From the NCBI GenBank assembly GCA_035084275.1, contig CM068742.1, forward strand, positions 117,738,001-117,802,000: a DNA stretch of 64,000 bases, in the 5' to 3' direction. The notes below the pieces were generated by a model. It worked only from the letters and a program-made list of their open reading frames with translations, did no database searches and was not told the origin of the DNA. Position 1 is the stretch's first letter, and every line of letters starts with the position of its first letter. A program made the position numbers and the translations under genes. Of this stretch, positions 37,816 through 51,100 are shown one piece after another. The DNA is from Hydrolagus colliei (lineage: Eukaryota).

Positions 37816-39779
37816 TAAACTTTTTTAAGATTAAAAGTTCATTTAAAATGGGCTACAGTCCAAACTCAATTTGTACTTCAGCCAATGATTGATTTGATTC
37901 CTTAAGTCACCACCTGGTTTGGCTTTGAAGTTCTTGATATATGATTTATACAACATTTGTAACATAGATTGATATTCAGTATGCATGGTAGATAGGGTAT
38001 AAAATTTATAATGGATGATACCGACTTGTTAACTTTAATTTATTTGCAACCAAATTGTATCTCATTACAATTTTGGCCAATAAGATAATGAAAGATCTCT
38101 TACTGTCACATGGGCAGCTTTAAGACCTGAAACATATCAATCACTGTCAGTAATGATAATAATCCTTGCATTTGATATAACGCCTTTTCACGTTGCTGAG
38201 ATATCTCAAAACACTTCATACAATATATTATGAAGTGGATTGACATGTATTTTGTGGGCAAATATTATTTAGTTGCAGGTAATAATAGGAGGGGATTAAA
38301 AAGAAGGAATCCCTTTCTGTATTCATTTCTACATACCTATGGATAACTCATTCTATGGGTTCTTTTTATCTCATGTCTATTTACAATAACAAGAACGGAA
38401 TGAAATTGAAACTGGGTCCTGGACAAAATCTATTGGAATTTCTTGAATCCTTGGAGGTGAACTATGAAGCCCTTCTTGGATTGAAGTGGCAGTAATGCTC
38501 CACTTTGCTATATTTGGCTGTACAGACATGTAAAAGAATGAAGACAGATGTCCAAGATGTTCCTTTATATTTCAGACATGAAAAATTAGGCTCGTTTGTT
38601 TTGAGTGCAAAGTGGCAGGTTTAGTATTTCCAACAATAAATTACTGTAAATGTCGATTGTCGCACTTTGCTTTGCTGGAGCAAAACAAATTAGTCTGCAC
38701 CATTTCTATGATTGCACAGTTTATGAGAATATTGGCTAAGAGCAGAATGATTTAGAAAGTGAAAATCTGCAGCTCCGTCCTCTCTGTAATGGGAGTGATG
38801 GCAAATCGCCAGCTTTTCTTCAAAATAAATGAAGGTTTATTTTAAGGAGAGAAAGCCCATCTTGCTGACGTTCACCATTGAAAAAAAATTCTGCGTGGCG
38901 GTCTCAATTTGTTATTAGAATAGGTGTTCCTGCTGGTAATAATATGTATTGGTGGAATATTGCTATCCTGTTCATAATGCATACTTAAATTCCAAGTAAA
39001 TAATCCTTACATTTGATAAAGCATCTTATCACGTCATTGAGATGTTTCAAAATGCTTCATAGGATATGCTGTAAAGTCGTGTGACTGTATGTATTTTTGG
39101 TGTGAACATGGCAGCCAATTTGCACTTATCAATGTCCCACAAACATCAGAATCAGATGCAGATATGGATCTTTTTGGTGAAGTTTAAGTCTTGCTGTGAA
39201 CTTGGCATTTTTTCTGGAGGAACAAATACACATTAAGTCAACAAATACACAATTACCAGGCTTTACACTGAATTCCGTGAAACATTTGAGATGTTTCAAT
39301 GACATGCCATAACATTTCTGATCCTCAACACATGGATATTGTATTTTCCATTTTGCCTCATCCAGTTTCTCGAAGCTCGGTACTGTGTCCTATATCAGAG
39401 GATTGACAGGTAACCTAGTAGGAGGTCTTTTCCAATGTCGCAGCACAGTAACAATTTCAGTTTGAAATAGATCATTGATTGTTTCAGCCCACTCATCCAA
39501 TTTGCCACAAGATTTAGTCAATATATTTATCTCCATGTACAATATTCCTGAATTATTTTCAGGGTAATCTCACCTGCACCAAACTGCATATGTTTATACC
39601 CCAATCAACACAGTGCTCCTCTGCTTCCCTGTTTCTGAATGGATTGACTTCAATGTCTTTACCTTCACATATAAACCCCCCAACACTTATCTTTGTTCTG
39701 ATTGAACCCTCCTCATCTGCTTAGCCCATCCATTCAGCTAACATATGTCTTATTATCACCCCTCTGACTTCTCGATTCA

Positions 39780-40065
39780 AGGCGGGAAATTCCTATTCTG
39801 CCATTCTGCGTCTTCCTATCCTGCAATTCTGGAAATAATCTCATAACTTTTCTGTTACCATCACTCTAATAGCTCAATATCCTTTTTGAGCTAGAGGTAA
39901 CAAAACTGCATATAGTACTCCAGATGTGGACCCACCAAGACCACATATAATTTTAAAGCCACTACTTTTGGCTTATATTGTACACTATATAAGTATAGTG
40001 TACTTAGCTATACATCATAACAATTTATTTGCCTTTTTAACTACCTGAGCACATGTCCCGAGGGA
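39780..40065 (-). mobile_element. CR1 ORF2 C-terminal remnant
   Basis: Minus strand encodes CAQVVKKANKLL and LKLYVVLVGPHLEYYMQFC, matching the CR1 LYxxLVRPHLEY motif. Confidence 0.8.
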
Positions 40066-40187
40066 ACCAGCATCCAGGAGGTGTGCAGTAATACACACAT
40101 AAACTTACTTGCCTTCTCTATCTGTGGAGTAACATTTGACTTACAGCACTCTTCTTTATATCTAGCATGCTAACAGATTGACCTACA

Positions 40188-40630
40188 GCATGGCTCAGGT
40201 GGCAGCACTCTTGTGTGGGAGTCAGAGGGTTGTGGGTTCAAGTCCCATGTGAGGACTTCACACTTACAGTCTGCTATGTTGGATGTGCTGTTCTTCAGAA
40301 AAGACATTTAAATCATGATCCCATCTGCCTGTTCAAGTGGACATTAAAGATCCCATGACATTACTAGGAAAGCAAAGAGTTTTTCCTGATTGTCTGGTCA
40401 ACAATACCCTGAATAAAATTGGTTATTTACTTCATTGCTGTCCTCCCAATCTGAAAGGCGCTCTATCAATGTAATTTTGTTGTTTGTTGTTTTTGTAAGA
40501 CATAATAAATGCCCACAAAATACATAGTCACTACATTTTACACTAAATTCTGTGAAGCTCTTTGAGGCGTCTTCCAGATGTGAATGAGATATCCGCCTGA
40601 TGTGAAAGGCACTATATAAAAATTCAAGGA
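40188..40630 (+). mobile_element. Older DeuSINE, near full length
   Basis: gcatggctcaggtggcagcactc...gggttcaagtccc head; taaagatcccatg body. Confidence 0.8.
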
Positions 40631-40794
40631 TTGTTTTATTTTTTAAATATTGCCATTCCTTTACCAGATAAAAATAACCAACTCTGATATATTCAGTAAT
40701 AGGTAACAGTAATCCTGTGGTAGGGAAGAGGTAAAATATTGCTCACAGTCGCTTCTACTGGAACGTGTGAATGTCAGCCTAAGATACAATTGGA

Positions 40795-40985
40795 AAATGG
40801 CAAAATACTGTACCGTATAAGCTTGAAATCTGAAATAAAAACAGAAGTCGCTGGGAACACTCAAAAGGTCAGACAGCATCTATGGAGAGAGAAAAATTCG
40901 TTTTTCAGGCGAAAATGTTCTAGCGAAAGGTATCAACCTCAAATGTTAACTCACTTTCCTCTCTCCCATAGATGCTGCCCGATTT
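40795..40985. mobile_element. Older Penelope-type inverted element
   Basis: Same family as 24631 and 36347 (cagcatctatggagag / ctcccatagatgctg), with a degenerate core at 40917-40950. Confidence 0.7.
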
Positions 40986-41189
40986 TCTAAATGTTCAGAT
41001 CAACTTTTGTTGTCATTATGATACAAGTGGCCTCGGCTTTGATGCCATCTGTGGTTCACCATCATTCAGTGCCTTGACTTCCTCATAAAGAATGCTCAAT
41101 GTATTGAATAAGGTGAAACCTTATGCAAGTTTCCTTACTTCACATGTCTCTGTTTACTCAGCAGGGAATAGGGACCAGTTGTTATAACG

Positions 41190-42740
41190 ACACAACAATA
41201 AAATTACATTTGTATAGTGCCCTTCATGTTGGGGGCGTATCCCTAGTAGCTGGTCAGTCAGTGTTTCGGACCCGAGCTGGGGTTGGGATCTGGGAGGGTG
41301 GAGGGAAAAGTGGGGAAGGGGGGTGACCGATGGCACGGTCAAAGAGGAGGGTCTTGAGGCAGGACTTGAAGGAGGCTAGGGAAGGGGGCATAGTGGAGGA
41401 ATTGTGGGGTGGAATTCTAAAGCATGGGGGCAGATTGGCTGAAGTTTCACCCCGTCGATGATGGAGTGGGTGGTTTGGGGAACATGTAGCAGGTTGGTGC
41501 TTGCTGAGCGGAGTGAGTGGACAGGTTAGTAGTGGGTTAGGAGGTCGCAGAGACAGGGTGAGGCAAGCCCATGGAGGGCTTTAAAGGTGAGGACCAGGAT
41601 CTTGAATTGAATCCTCTGAGTGATGGGAAGCCAGTGGAGTTGTGTTAGTGTAGGGTTGATAGGGTCACAGAGCTTGGTGCAAGAGAGGATACAGGCTGCA
41701 GAGTTCTGGATGATTTGCAGCCTATGGAGGGAGGAATTGAGCAATTATCTCACACCCCCACGCTGCCGAAACACTCATGCACGCGTACATCACCTCACGG
41801 CTGGACTACGGAAACTCTCTCCTCATCGGCCTCCCCAGTTCCTCCATTCACAGGCTGCAGGTCATCCAAAACTCTGCAGCCCGTGTACTATCCCGTACCC
41901 ATCTCCGTGACCACATAACCCCCACCCTCGCCCGTCTCCACTGGCTCCCCATCCTCCAGAGGATCGAGTTCAAGATCCTCGTCCTCACCTTCAAGGCCTT
42001 ACACGGCCTTGCCCCAACCTATTTATCCGATTTACTCAACCCCTATAAGCCCACCCGGACCCTCCGTTCAGCAGGACTTGGCTTGCTACAAGCCCCCAGC
42101 CCGAACCGCCCCACCATCGGAGGCCGGGCCTTCAGTTTCTCCGCTCCCACCCTATGGAATTCCATCCCCCAATCCCTCCACCTTGTTTCCTCCCTTTCCT
42201 CTTTCAAGGCCGGTTTGAAGACTTTCCTCTTCGACCGTGCCTTTTGTTCCCCCTGAACGTTTCGACCTCTCCTACGTGTTTCACCGCTTCCTGAACACTC
42301 CCCTCCCAGCTCGGGTCACACGCCTCCTGTGCAACGCCTTGGGACATCCTCCCGACGTGAAAGGCGCTTTATAAGTTTAAATTGTTGTTGTTGTTGTTGT
42401 TGAGGAGACTGACAAGCAGGGCATTGGCATAGTTGAGCCTGGACTTGATGAAGGCATGAATGAGAGTTTCAGCAGCCTAAGGGGGTAAGGTAGTGGCGGA
42501 GTCGGGCAATGTTGATGGAGTTGAGGGAAGATCATGGCATGGATGTGCGGGAGAAAGGAAAGTTGAGGATTGAACAAGACAGCTAGGTTCCTGACTGTCT
42601 TGGTGAGGTGGAGTGTGCAACCGTGGAGGTTGATGCTGCCAGTGCCTGAGGTGTGGATGCCCTGGCACGAGTCAATCAGGGTGGCCTTGGTCTTGCTGCC
42701 ATTCAACTATAGAAAGTCATCCAGGACTTGATATCCCTGT
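41190..42740 (-). mobile_element. Older L2 fragment (41190-41741 and ~42403-42740) split by a younger L2
   Basis: Minus-strand peptides KTKATLIDS...TVRNLAVLFNPQLSF and LHRLQIIQNSAACIL...LHWLP are contiguous once the insert is removed. Confidence 0.9.
41742..42402 (+). mobile_element. Young 5'-truncated L2
   Basis: 159-aa ORF nearly identical to the 10541-11248 ORF; (TTG)n tail; ttgag at both junctions. Confidence 0.95.
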
Positions 42741-43654
42741 CAGATGTTAATTTGGCGGATGGCTTTCCAGTACTAATACAAATGGTTACTTAATCCATGA
42801 CTGTTTGTGTGACACTTCTGAGCATGATTGGCTGCTGCATTTCACCCACAAAATACAGTCAATCCACTTTACAAAATATTCTGTGAAGCACTTTGAGACA
42901 TTACAACAATGTGATCAGGCACCACAATAAATGCTAAGATTATTATTATTAAAACCCTTTTGGTGTCTGTAGAACTGTATACCACAGTATGAGTTGTGGC
43001 CTTTAGGAGGGATTAGAAGAAAAAATAAACTGTGCGCTCTGCGGTTTATTTTGGATTTCTATGAGGAAGCCTGTGGAATGGACGGTACCTCACTTTATTG
43101 TGCTTATGGTAGGAATATAATAGTAACAGTGTGATTGTGATGGAAGGCAATTGTTAAAAGACTTGACAACTCAGAATAACATTTTACATTTGGCTTCACT
43201 TTATGCTATAAAAACCACATTTCTATCTGTTATTTATTATCTTCCGAAGCGTAGTACAATGCTACCTGGCACATGCGCAAATGAAGACGTGTAGAGATTG
43301 CAGAGGAGAACAGATCCATTCCTAGACATTTCTATGCTGTAAAGATTGAGTTGTTGGTAGGTGAAAAGTCTTTCAGAATTATTATTATTATTAAAATAAT
43401 CCTTGCACCCTGTCTCTGCTTTACACGGTGGGAGGATGTCTCAAATTGCTTCACAGGATTTACTGCAAAGTGTAGTCTAGTGATTGTGTATTTTGTAGCT
43501 CTAATAGTATTCTTGAAACACTTTTAGAACCTTTGTTGGATTTGTGATGATAGTTCTTCTGAAATCAACTCCCGCTACATTTGTTTAAAATAACAGCATT
43601 GGATCCTTTGGGCAGAAACATTTGCAAATACTAAGCACATTAAGGTCTTTCTTA

Positions 43655-43810
43655 TTAAGTGAGCAGGATGTGTGCCTCTAGGGAGGGAATGCATTCTAAT
43701 ACATAAGTTTTCTATGTGTAGATGGGAAACATAGAGTTCTCAGTTTCGTTTGGATACTCTGGAGCACGGTGGTACATTTCCACATGTGTAAGACACCCAG
43801 CTGATCAAAA
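43655..43810 (-). repeat. Unclassified old interspersed repeat, copy D
   Basis: gagttctcagtttcgtttggatactctggagcacgg...agacacccagctgatcaaaa matches 21095-21262. Confidence 0.6.
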
Positions 43811-44360
43811 CTAATTCAAACGCCTTCATGATCTTCCGCCTTCCCTATATGTTTGATCTTCTGATGGCCACTCCCTCTGTACTGATGCTTAGATTTTCTC
43901 CATGTCCCCTATTCCCATTACCTCCATCCAAGCATTGTGCTCTCCAATCCAACATTGCTAATCACGCTTTGAACCACTATGCCTCAAAACTTTGGAACAA
44001 TCTTCCTTTATCCCTTGGCCTTGCCTCCTTCCTTCCCCATCTTCATTTCTGTTTGAGGACCTTGCTTTTCAACGTATTGATACCACCCCATTCCCTCCGG
44101 CTTGGTGTGGTGCTCTGGGAAGTTACCTTGAGCAAGTGGCGCTGTATAATTGCAAGTTGTTGGTGAACATTCATCCCCTGCTCTCTTAAACTATTTTAAA
44201 TCCCTCGGCCTCATGCCTCATCTGTGCTTTCAAAACCTATTTAAAGACCTCTCTTTTACTCGTCTTCGGTCACCTTCATCCTCTTCCTCCTCCGCCCATC
44301 TCAGGTTTCCAATCTAGCTCTGTTGAGTGCTTTGAAACAGTCTCCTATGTGAATATTTGT

Positions 44361-44668
44361 GGAGTCCTGTAGCTCAGTGGTTAGAGCACTCGCCTTACAA
44401 GCGTGAGACCTATATTCGAATCCAGGTAGGTCATGGCGAAAGCTTGGGCAACTTTCCTTACTCCACATGCCTAATAATAATCCCCCCCAAAAAACAATTG
44501 TTCATTTCAATCCATGACTGTTTGTGGGACACTGCTATGCGCAATTAGCTGCCGCGTTTCGCACACAAATAAACAGTCAATTCACTTTACAGTATACTCA
44601 GTGAAGCACTTTGAAACGTCTAGAAGACGTGAAAAGCACTATTTCAAATGCAAGGATTAGTATTATTG
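44361..44668 (+). mobile_element. Young tRNA-derived SINE
   Basis: ggagtcctgtagctcagtggttagagcactcgccttacaagcg head through caaatgcaaggattagtattatt tail. Confidence 0.93.
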
Positions 44669-45762
44669 GTGTTATTTTACTGTGATTTGTCATAGAAACG
44701 TGGAAAGTTTTCTTCTAAATACAACAAGAGAGATTTTCATAACGTTGGCTCCAGATAAATGCACACAAATATCATTTAATCCAAGAAAATATTTCCTTTA
44801 ACCAAATCCCTTTAACATTTCTTCTTTCATAGTTCTCATCTGTGCACAGCAGATAAATTCAATACTCTGAACACAAATAAAGTTAACCCCAATACTAGTC
44901 ACCATATTAAATGGGATCAATTTCCTGGCAAGTACGAAGCAGCAAAAGGCAGCAGGTTGTTTTGAAAATCTAAAGATAAACTCTTGCAAAATATACAGTT
45001 TTGTTATGCGACTGGTGATAAATGTTATCTTGACAGGATTGCTTGCTGAATCAATGTATAAATGAATAACATGTGAATTTATTTTGCCAATTGCCTATTC
45101 CTGTTAAGAATTTACAGTGATACTGACCCAATCAAAAAATTTTCTTGGCAAAATACTTATTGTTTATCAAAGCTAAAATATGCAAATTACTTTGCCAAGA
45201 ATACTATGCCTGGAAAATGATTAAACTTGGATAGGATTTTTTTAATAAACTTCCAGATAACACTCCTCTCCCTTGACCAATTTGCATTTCTTTTACATAA
45301 GCCATTTATCTATATGGTTATGACATCCATCTTCATCAAAATTAAGAGAAAATTAGGAAAAAAAATTACATTTAACATGCAAAAAGGAGAGGACTTTGGA
45401 GTTGTGCACTTGTCTCTAGCTGACATTATTGGTGGTGTGACTATATAAGAATAAAAATAATAATCCTTGCACTTAGTATAGTGACTTTGATGCCAAGAGC
45501 ATGTCTCAACATGCTTCCCAAGTTTTACCATAATGTGTAGTGATTTGTATTTGTAGGTGAGCAAAGCAGCCGCAAATGTACATGAACAGCCATGAAGTGA
45601 GTGATCAATTTTAAGAGGTGAAACTACCTACACATTTCAATCCATGCCATGACATCTTTAATGTCCACCTGAACAAGCAGACAGGGCAGGTCCACCAGCA
45701 GTTTATTGCAGTGCCAGCATAGACCGTTAGCTCAAACAGTGGATTTGTGTGTTATGTGCATT

Positions 45763-46095
45763 GGGAGAAATTTCACCTTGGTCTAGATTTTTTAGATTTA
45801 CAAGTGTCACTGTGGCTCACTCTTGTCTGTGTCAGAAATTTGAGTGTTCAAGCCACATGGTCAAACTTTGAAAAGTATGGGTTGAAACTCCATGTACTGT
45901 TGGGGTGTCCTGAATTTAACAAATTGTTGAATTCAAACTTAACTTTGATGTTTTTTTTGTGGTTCTTCAAAGAAATTTGCAGAAAAAGTATGGAAAAATG
46001 GCTTGAACAGATTGAAACAAATTGTATTTAAGAATTTGCCTAATTCTGGATGCCGTAAAATAGAGTAAACCAAGAGCCAGGTGTGATTTCTCCCC
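45763..46095. mobile_element. Old MITE-like element with GGGAGAAATT termini
   Basis: gggagaaatttcacc ... ggtgtgatttctcccc imperfect inverted ends; related element at 51687-52067. Confidence 0.5.
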
Positions 46096-46516
46096 AGCAA
46101 AGTGCTCAAGTTGTATAATTGAAGGAACATTTATGCCTGTTTTTTACATTTTGTTGCACTCGGATCAAGAATGACATTGGATGGGAAATGTTTGAGCTGG
46201 ATCGGAATTCCATGTTGGATCCGAATTCTGTTTGGATAAGTTACTTCCTTGTCTGGGGTCAACTATTGAGTAGAACAAGCTTAAGCCACCAAAGAAGATT
46301 CTAGTAAAGGATTTCTGGGCAGTTCTGCATAATCCCCTGCATCTGCAAACTCAAGCCTAACGATACTGCTTGTTGCTTGGCTGAAGAAATAATTATGTGG
46401 AGCTATTGTAAAATTATGGTAAATTCCATGTGTGGTAGGTTTTGCAAATTTGTGTTGAATTCAATTGATCAACACACAATCTTATTTTTTCTTATCATTG
46501 ATTTAAAGATTTAAAG

Positions 46517-46838
46517 ACCATAGGTGAAATGGTTAAAGTTCTCATCTCCCAAGCAAGCAAACCATTGTTCGAATCCTGGGCAGCACAACATTTTAGGCCA
46601 GTTTCCTTACTCTACACACCTCAGTTTACCTAGCAGTAAGAAACAACCCGGTTGTTAGTCAAAGGATAAAAATCCCTCCACCACAAAACTCAATCTATGA
46701 CTTTTTGTATGCAATTGGCTACGCATTTCACTCACAAAATGCAGTCAATCCACTTTACAGCATATTCTGTGAAGCACTTTGAGATGTCTCAATGAAGTAA
46801 TAAGACACTACATCAAATGCAAGGATCATTATTATTGT
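46517..46838 (+). mobile_element. tRNA-derived SINE, longer-body subfamily
   Basis: B box gttcgaatcc, gtttccttactc, cagtttacctagcagtaa and (ATT) tail. Confidence 0.8.
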
Positions 46839-47298
46839 TAAAGTCCCTCTTTGCCTAACATGGGTCTTCTTTTCCTTTGTAGAAAGACATATGACCTCAT
46901 TAAAGACAGACATGGAGGAGATTGTCTCACGATGAAAGTAACTGGACAGATGTAGAAAACATTTATATCTCAATCTGAAGAATTTTGGCTTAATTTTGGT
47001 TGCTTGGAACTGCCTTGCCTTTTAACCCTTAAGCCTTTGACAGTTTTAAGACAAATTGTTTCCTTTAGTGCATGCAATTGCTAATTCTTAAGATTCTGAA
47101 ATAATGTAAAGTATAATTACAAACCTTTGAAGATTTTATTTGTCTTTATTACTATCCTCAATTTTTCATCCAAAAACTAGCCCAAGAGGGACTAGAGTTC
47201 AATTGAATTTCTAAATTAGTTTCCCACACAATAGGGAGGTGATTAAAAGACACTGGACGTGTCTGAATTAAATAACAAGACTGCACATCACTGTAATG

Positions 47299-47438
47299 CT
47301 AATGAAGGGTTGTGGATCCGAAACGTTGACTTACTTTTCCTTTCTCCACAGATGCTGCCTGACCTGCTGAGTGTTTCCAGCGATTTCTGTTTGTGTTTCC
47401 GATTTCCAGCATCTGCAGTAGTTTGCATTTTTGTTATT
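47299..47438 (+). mobile_element. Penelope-type short element with hammerhead-like core and 11-bp TSD
   Basis: ctaatga-agggttgtggatcc-gaaacgtt then tctccacagatgctgcctgacctgctgag; actgtaatgct at 47290-47300 and 47439-47449. Confidence 0.85.
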
Positions 47439-47659
47439 ACTGTAATGCTTGAGTTTTTCCCATAAAATACCATCAATCCATTTTCACAAGTATACTCTGT
47501 GATGTGTTTTTAGATGTCTCAATGACATGATCAGGCACTATATCAAATGCAAGCATTATATAATATATAAATATGATTTATCAGTGTGGCTCAGTTTGTT
47601 GCAGACGAAGAAAGCATGTGGGACTTAGTAGGTTATGTAAATGTTGTGTATGTCACAAC

Positions 47660-48010
47660 TTGACTCAGATGGTAACACTCTCATCTTTTTGTCAGAAGGT
47701 TATCAGTTCAAACCCCACATTGGGGCTTTGAGCTAATAGTCGTGACAGACATGGTAAAGTAGAAATGGGGTGGTGTCATATTGTTAGAGGTGGGGTCCTT
47801 CGGAAGAAGTCATAACCCAAGGTCAACTACCTATTGAAAAGAGAAGCAGAGTTCTCCAGATATACGTTTTGGCTGTCTGTGGGATGCTGCTGTGTGCATA
47901 CTGGCTGCTGCGTACATCTAAACAATTATATAGTCACGACACTTTAGAGTAAATCTGTGAAGCGCTTTGAGATGTCCTCTTGACTTGAAAAGTGCCAGAG
48001 CAATGCAAAA
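47660..48010 (+). mobile_element. Older DeuSINE
   Basis: Degenerate head tgactcagatggtaacactc...gttcaaacccc, core and tail. Confidence 0.7.
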
Positions 48011-49569
48011 GTTGATATCTGGGCCAGCAAAATATTTCTATAGCAATAAATATACTTCCTTGATAGAATTCCATTATCCTTGCATCTGATTATAGAACCT
48101 TATTATGTCTTATTACCCCCGGTAAAGTGATCCACCAATCGACTAGCAACCGGGTTCCTAGTTACTGCTGGATAAACAGAGGTGTATGGAGTAAGGAAAC
48201 TTCCCCAACATTTTGCACTGCCAAGAATCAAACCCAGGTCCTTTCCTTTGTGTTGTGAGTACTCAAAACATTCTACCAATCCATCAAAGATTTGATTAGA
48301 TTTTAACAGCTATGTTTATTTCTTATTCCTGTAATCATATGAGACTGCAGTGTTATCTTTATAAATACTATATTCTACAAAGTGTTGCGACACAGTCTGT
48401 TGTTCTGCATTCATCCACTTTTGTTTTGGCTCATGCTTCAGGTCATGGTGTATGAATAGAATTTCACTCCATTGACAATGGAATGTGAAGTATGTTTCAC
48501 CAGTTCTGGGGCTGATTTCCCACATGTCAGTTTATTGACCATCTAACATGCATTACTTCATCAATATGTAAAGTTGGGTTATCTGGTCTTTAAGAGGCTT
48601 CCTGACTGTAAAGTTATTTGAATCTTAGTTAAGGACAGCTTTATAATAATAATAATACTAATCCTTATATTTGCCAGAGTTACTTTCGGTTGTAATGATC
48701 ATAATCCTAGCATTTGATATAGCACTTTATCACTTCTTTGTGACATCTCTGGAATTTGTGACATCTCTTCAGTGCCTGGAGCCTTCTGCCTGACATGAAA
48801 AGTGCTATACAAATGTAATTTTGTTGTTTTGGTCTCAAAGATCTTCACAAAATTTACTGTAAAGTGAACTGACTGTATATTTTGTGGGCGAATGTAGCAG
48901 CTCATCTGTCCACAGCAATGTCCCACAAACAGCCATGACGTGAATTTTGCTTGGGAGACCATTGCCCAAGACCCCAGGAGAAACTCCCTTCTCCACATCT
49001 GGAAAGTGTGTGTCAGCCCTGTTGTAGCCTATGGGTGATGCTGGGACAATCTACATTTCATTCCAAACGGCTGTGATTTCAGCTTGACCTTTTAAAAATG
49101 CTTTGCAGTTTCCTTCCATCCCTTGCGTTTATCTCTTTGATGTGATGATGTGTGTGTGTCTTTGTAGTGATATTTTTGGAACATGGGGTAAAGTTTGTGC
49201 CATTTATTAACACAAGGAGCACATTATGGAATGCCACAGGTTTTTATTTCAACCTCCAAATACTATAACTGCATTGGGGGCCTGAGGGAGAAATAAAACA
49301 CCAAAATGATGGAAAATGTACTTGTAATGGTTTTGCTCTGAGGTGAAAGCTGAATGAATGAGCAAAAGTGTGAAAGGGGCGAGACACTGTGAAAATGGTG
49401 AGAGAGAAAGGCAGGATAAAGTTATAAAATCAAATAGGATGCGTGACAGAATGGAGTAGGGAGGGGAGTGGGAATCAGGTGCTTACAGCAGAAGGGAGAA
49501 ACAGCAATAAAGAAAATAAGGTGAATGATTGAATAATAAGTATCCATGCATTTGATACAGTGTCTATAG

Positions 49570-49795
49570 CAGTGGTCAAGCAATATTTACGGTGGGACAT
49601 CCAAATACATTTTTCTTTATTGTATTTTTCTTCATTGATGGCTGCACCATGTGTATCATGGCTTAGTAGATGGTGGAATTTTTTTTATTGACATGGCGCA
49701 GATGTGCCTAGACTTGTTTGTGTGCTCGGCCGGCCATTTCTTGTTGATTCCTGTGGGCCAAAAGTGGCCATTGGGTGACACGTTGCCGACCATTG
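49570..49795. mobile_element. hAT (Charlie-like) MITE inserted in a SINE tail
   Basis: TIRs cagtggtcaagcaa / ttgccgaccattg; 8-bp flanks gtctatag / ctttatag (6/8). Confidence 0.7.
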
Positions 49796-50199
49796 CTTTA
49801 TAGCATCAAAATGTTTCAAGGCACTTCAGAGCTTTCTGTAAAGTCTGGCAACTGTCGATGGATGGAGCCAACAATTTATTTACAGCAAATGTCCGTACGA
49901 ACAGCAACAAAGTGAATGACTATGTTTATCTGAGAATTGTTGGCCAGGATGCAGGAGAAAGCTCCTTTCTTTTTAACTACACCTGAACAGATAAACAGGA
50001 CCTCAGTTTAATGCTGCCTCTGAAGAACGGCACCTCTGACAATGCAGTACTGCAGTTGAGTGTCAGGCTAGAGACTATGAACCCAAAGACCAGCACTAAT
50101 AATTTAGGCCAAAGACCAAAAAACACATTCAGCAGCTGAATAAAGAAAGTGAGACTTAGGAAGTAATGTAAATGGTATGTGTGTCACAACTTGGTGTCA

Positions 50200-50800
50200 G
50201 GCTGGCTCAGTCAATAGCACTCTCACCTCTGAGTCAGAAGATTGTGGAAGGAATCCCAATGGTGGGACATGAGCTCCTGGAGCTCATGTGGAATCCTGTA
50301 GCTCAGTGATTAGAGCACTTGTCTTGCAAGCGAGAGACCTGGGTTCAATTCCAGGCAGGGTGAAACCTTGTGCAAGTTTCCTTATTCCACACGCCTAATA
50401 ATAATCCCTCAAAAGAAAAACAATAATAAATTGGTTATTTTAATCCATGTCTGTTTGTGGGACACTTCTGTGCACAATTGGCTCCCACATTTCGCCCACA
50501 AATATACAGTCAATTCACTTTATAGTATATTCTGTAAAGCGCTTTGAAATGACTCTAGAAGACATGGAAAGTGAAATTCACAGTATAGGCTGAGATTCCA
50601 ATGCAGTGCTGATTGTCTTTTGAATGAGATGTTAAACCTGTTTAGGTGGATGTTGAAGATCCCTAGTGGCTATTTGAAAAGACAAAGGAGAATTTCCTGC
50701 ATTCTGGCCACCAACCCACTGGGTAAAATTGATCATTTACTTCATTGATATTAGTGGGTCATTGCTGTGCACAATTTGCCTATTGTGTTTCTCTACAAAA
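50200..50800 (+). mobile_element. Older DeuSINE with a young SINE nested at ~50288-50572
   Basis: Old head ggctggctcagtcaatagcactctcacctctgagtcagaag, then young head ggaatcctgtagctcagtg; old body resumes near 50580. Confidence 0.85.
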
Positions 50801-50811
50801 CATTTTTGCTA

Positions 50812-51100
50812 CACAACAGCGACACAAAATTATATTTGTATAGTGTCTTTCAAGTAGGGATAATGTCCCAAAGCACTGGATAGTCAGAGATCTTGACCTG
50901 AGCTAGGCTTGGGATAGGGAGCAATGGAGGGGAGGGAGGGTAGGGATAGGGGGATCTTGAGATGTGCCTTGAAGGAGGTAAGGGAGCAAAATGAAAGTAC
51001 TATGGACTAGAGTTCCAGAGGATGAGGGCAGAGAGGCTGAAGTCCCGACACTGATGGTGGGCCATGTCGGACGGGGAAAGGAGGGAGTGGACAGGACATC
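50812..51100 (-). mobile_element. L2 3' fragment
   Basis: Tail ttatatttgtatagtgtctttcaagtagggataatgtcccaaagc and 3' region. Confidence 0.75.

Noticed and set aside
38355-38620. Short protein-looking frames (MGSFYLMSIYNNKNGMKLKLGPGQNLL...; TCKRMKTDVQDVPLYF...)
   Set aside because: Short, no recognisable homology, weak splice signals.
44361-44435. tRNA-like sequence with TAC in the anticodon position
   Set aside because: No acceptor stem and it continues into the SINE body; a SINE head, as at 16346, 30113, 50290 and 59311.
48461-48496. Hairpin with miR-1-like tggaatgt...aagtatgt (also tggaatgtaaaga near 25946)
   Set aside because: Only partial match to the mature miRNA and the stem is too short for a pre-miRNA.
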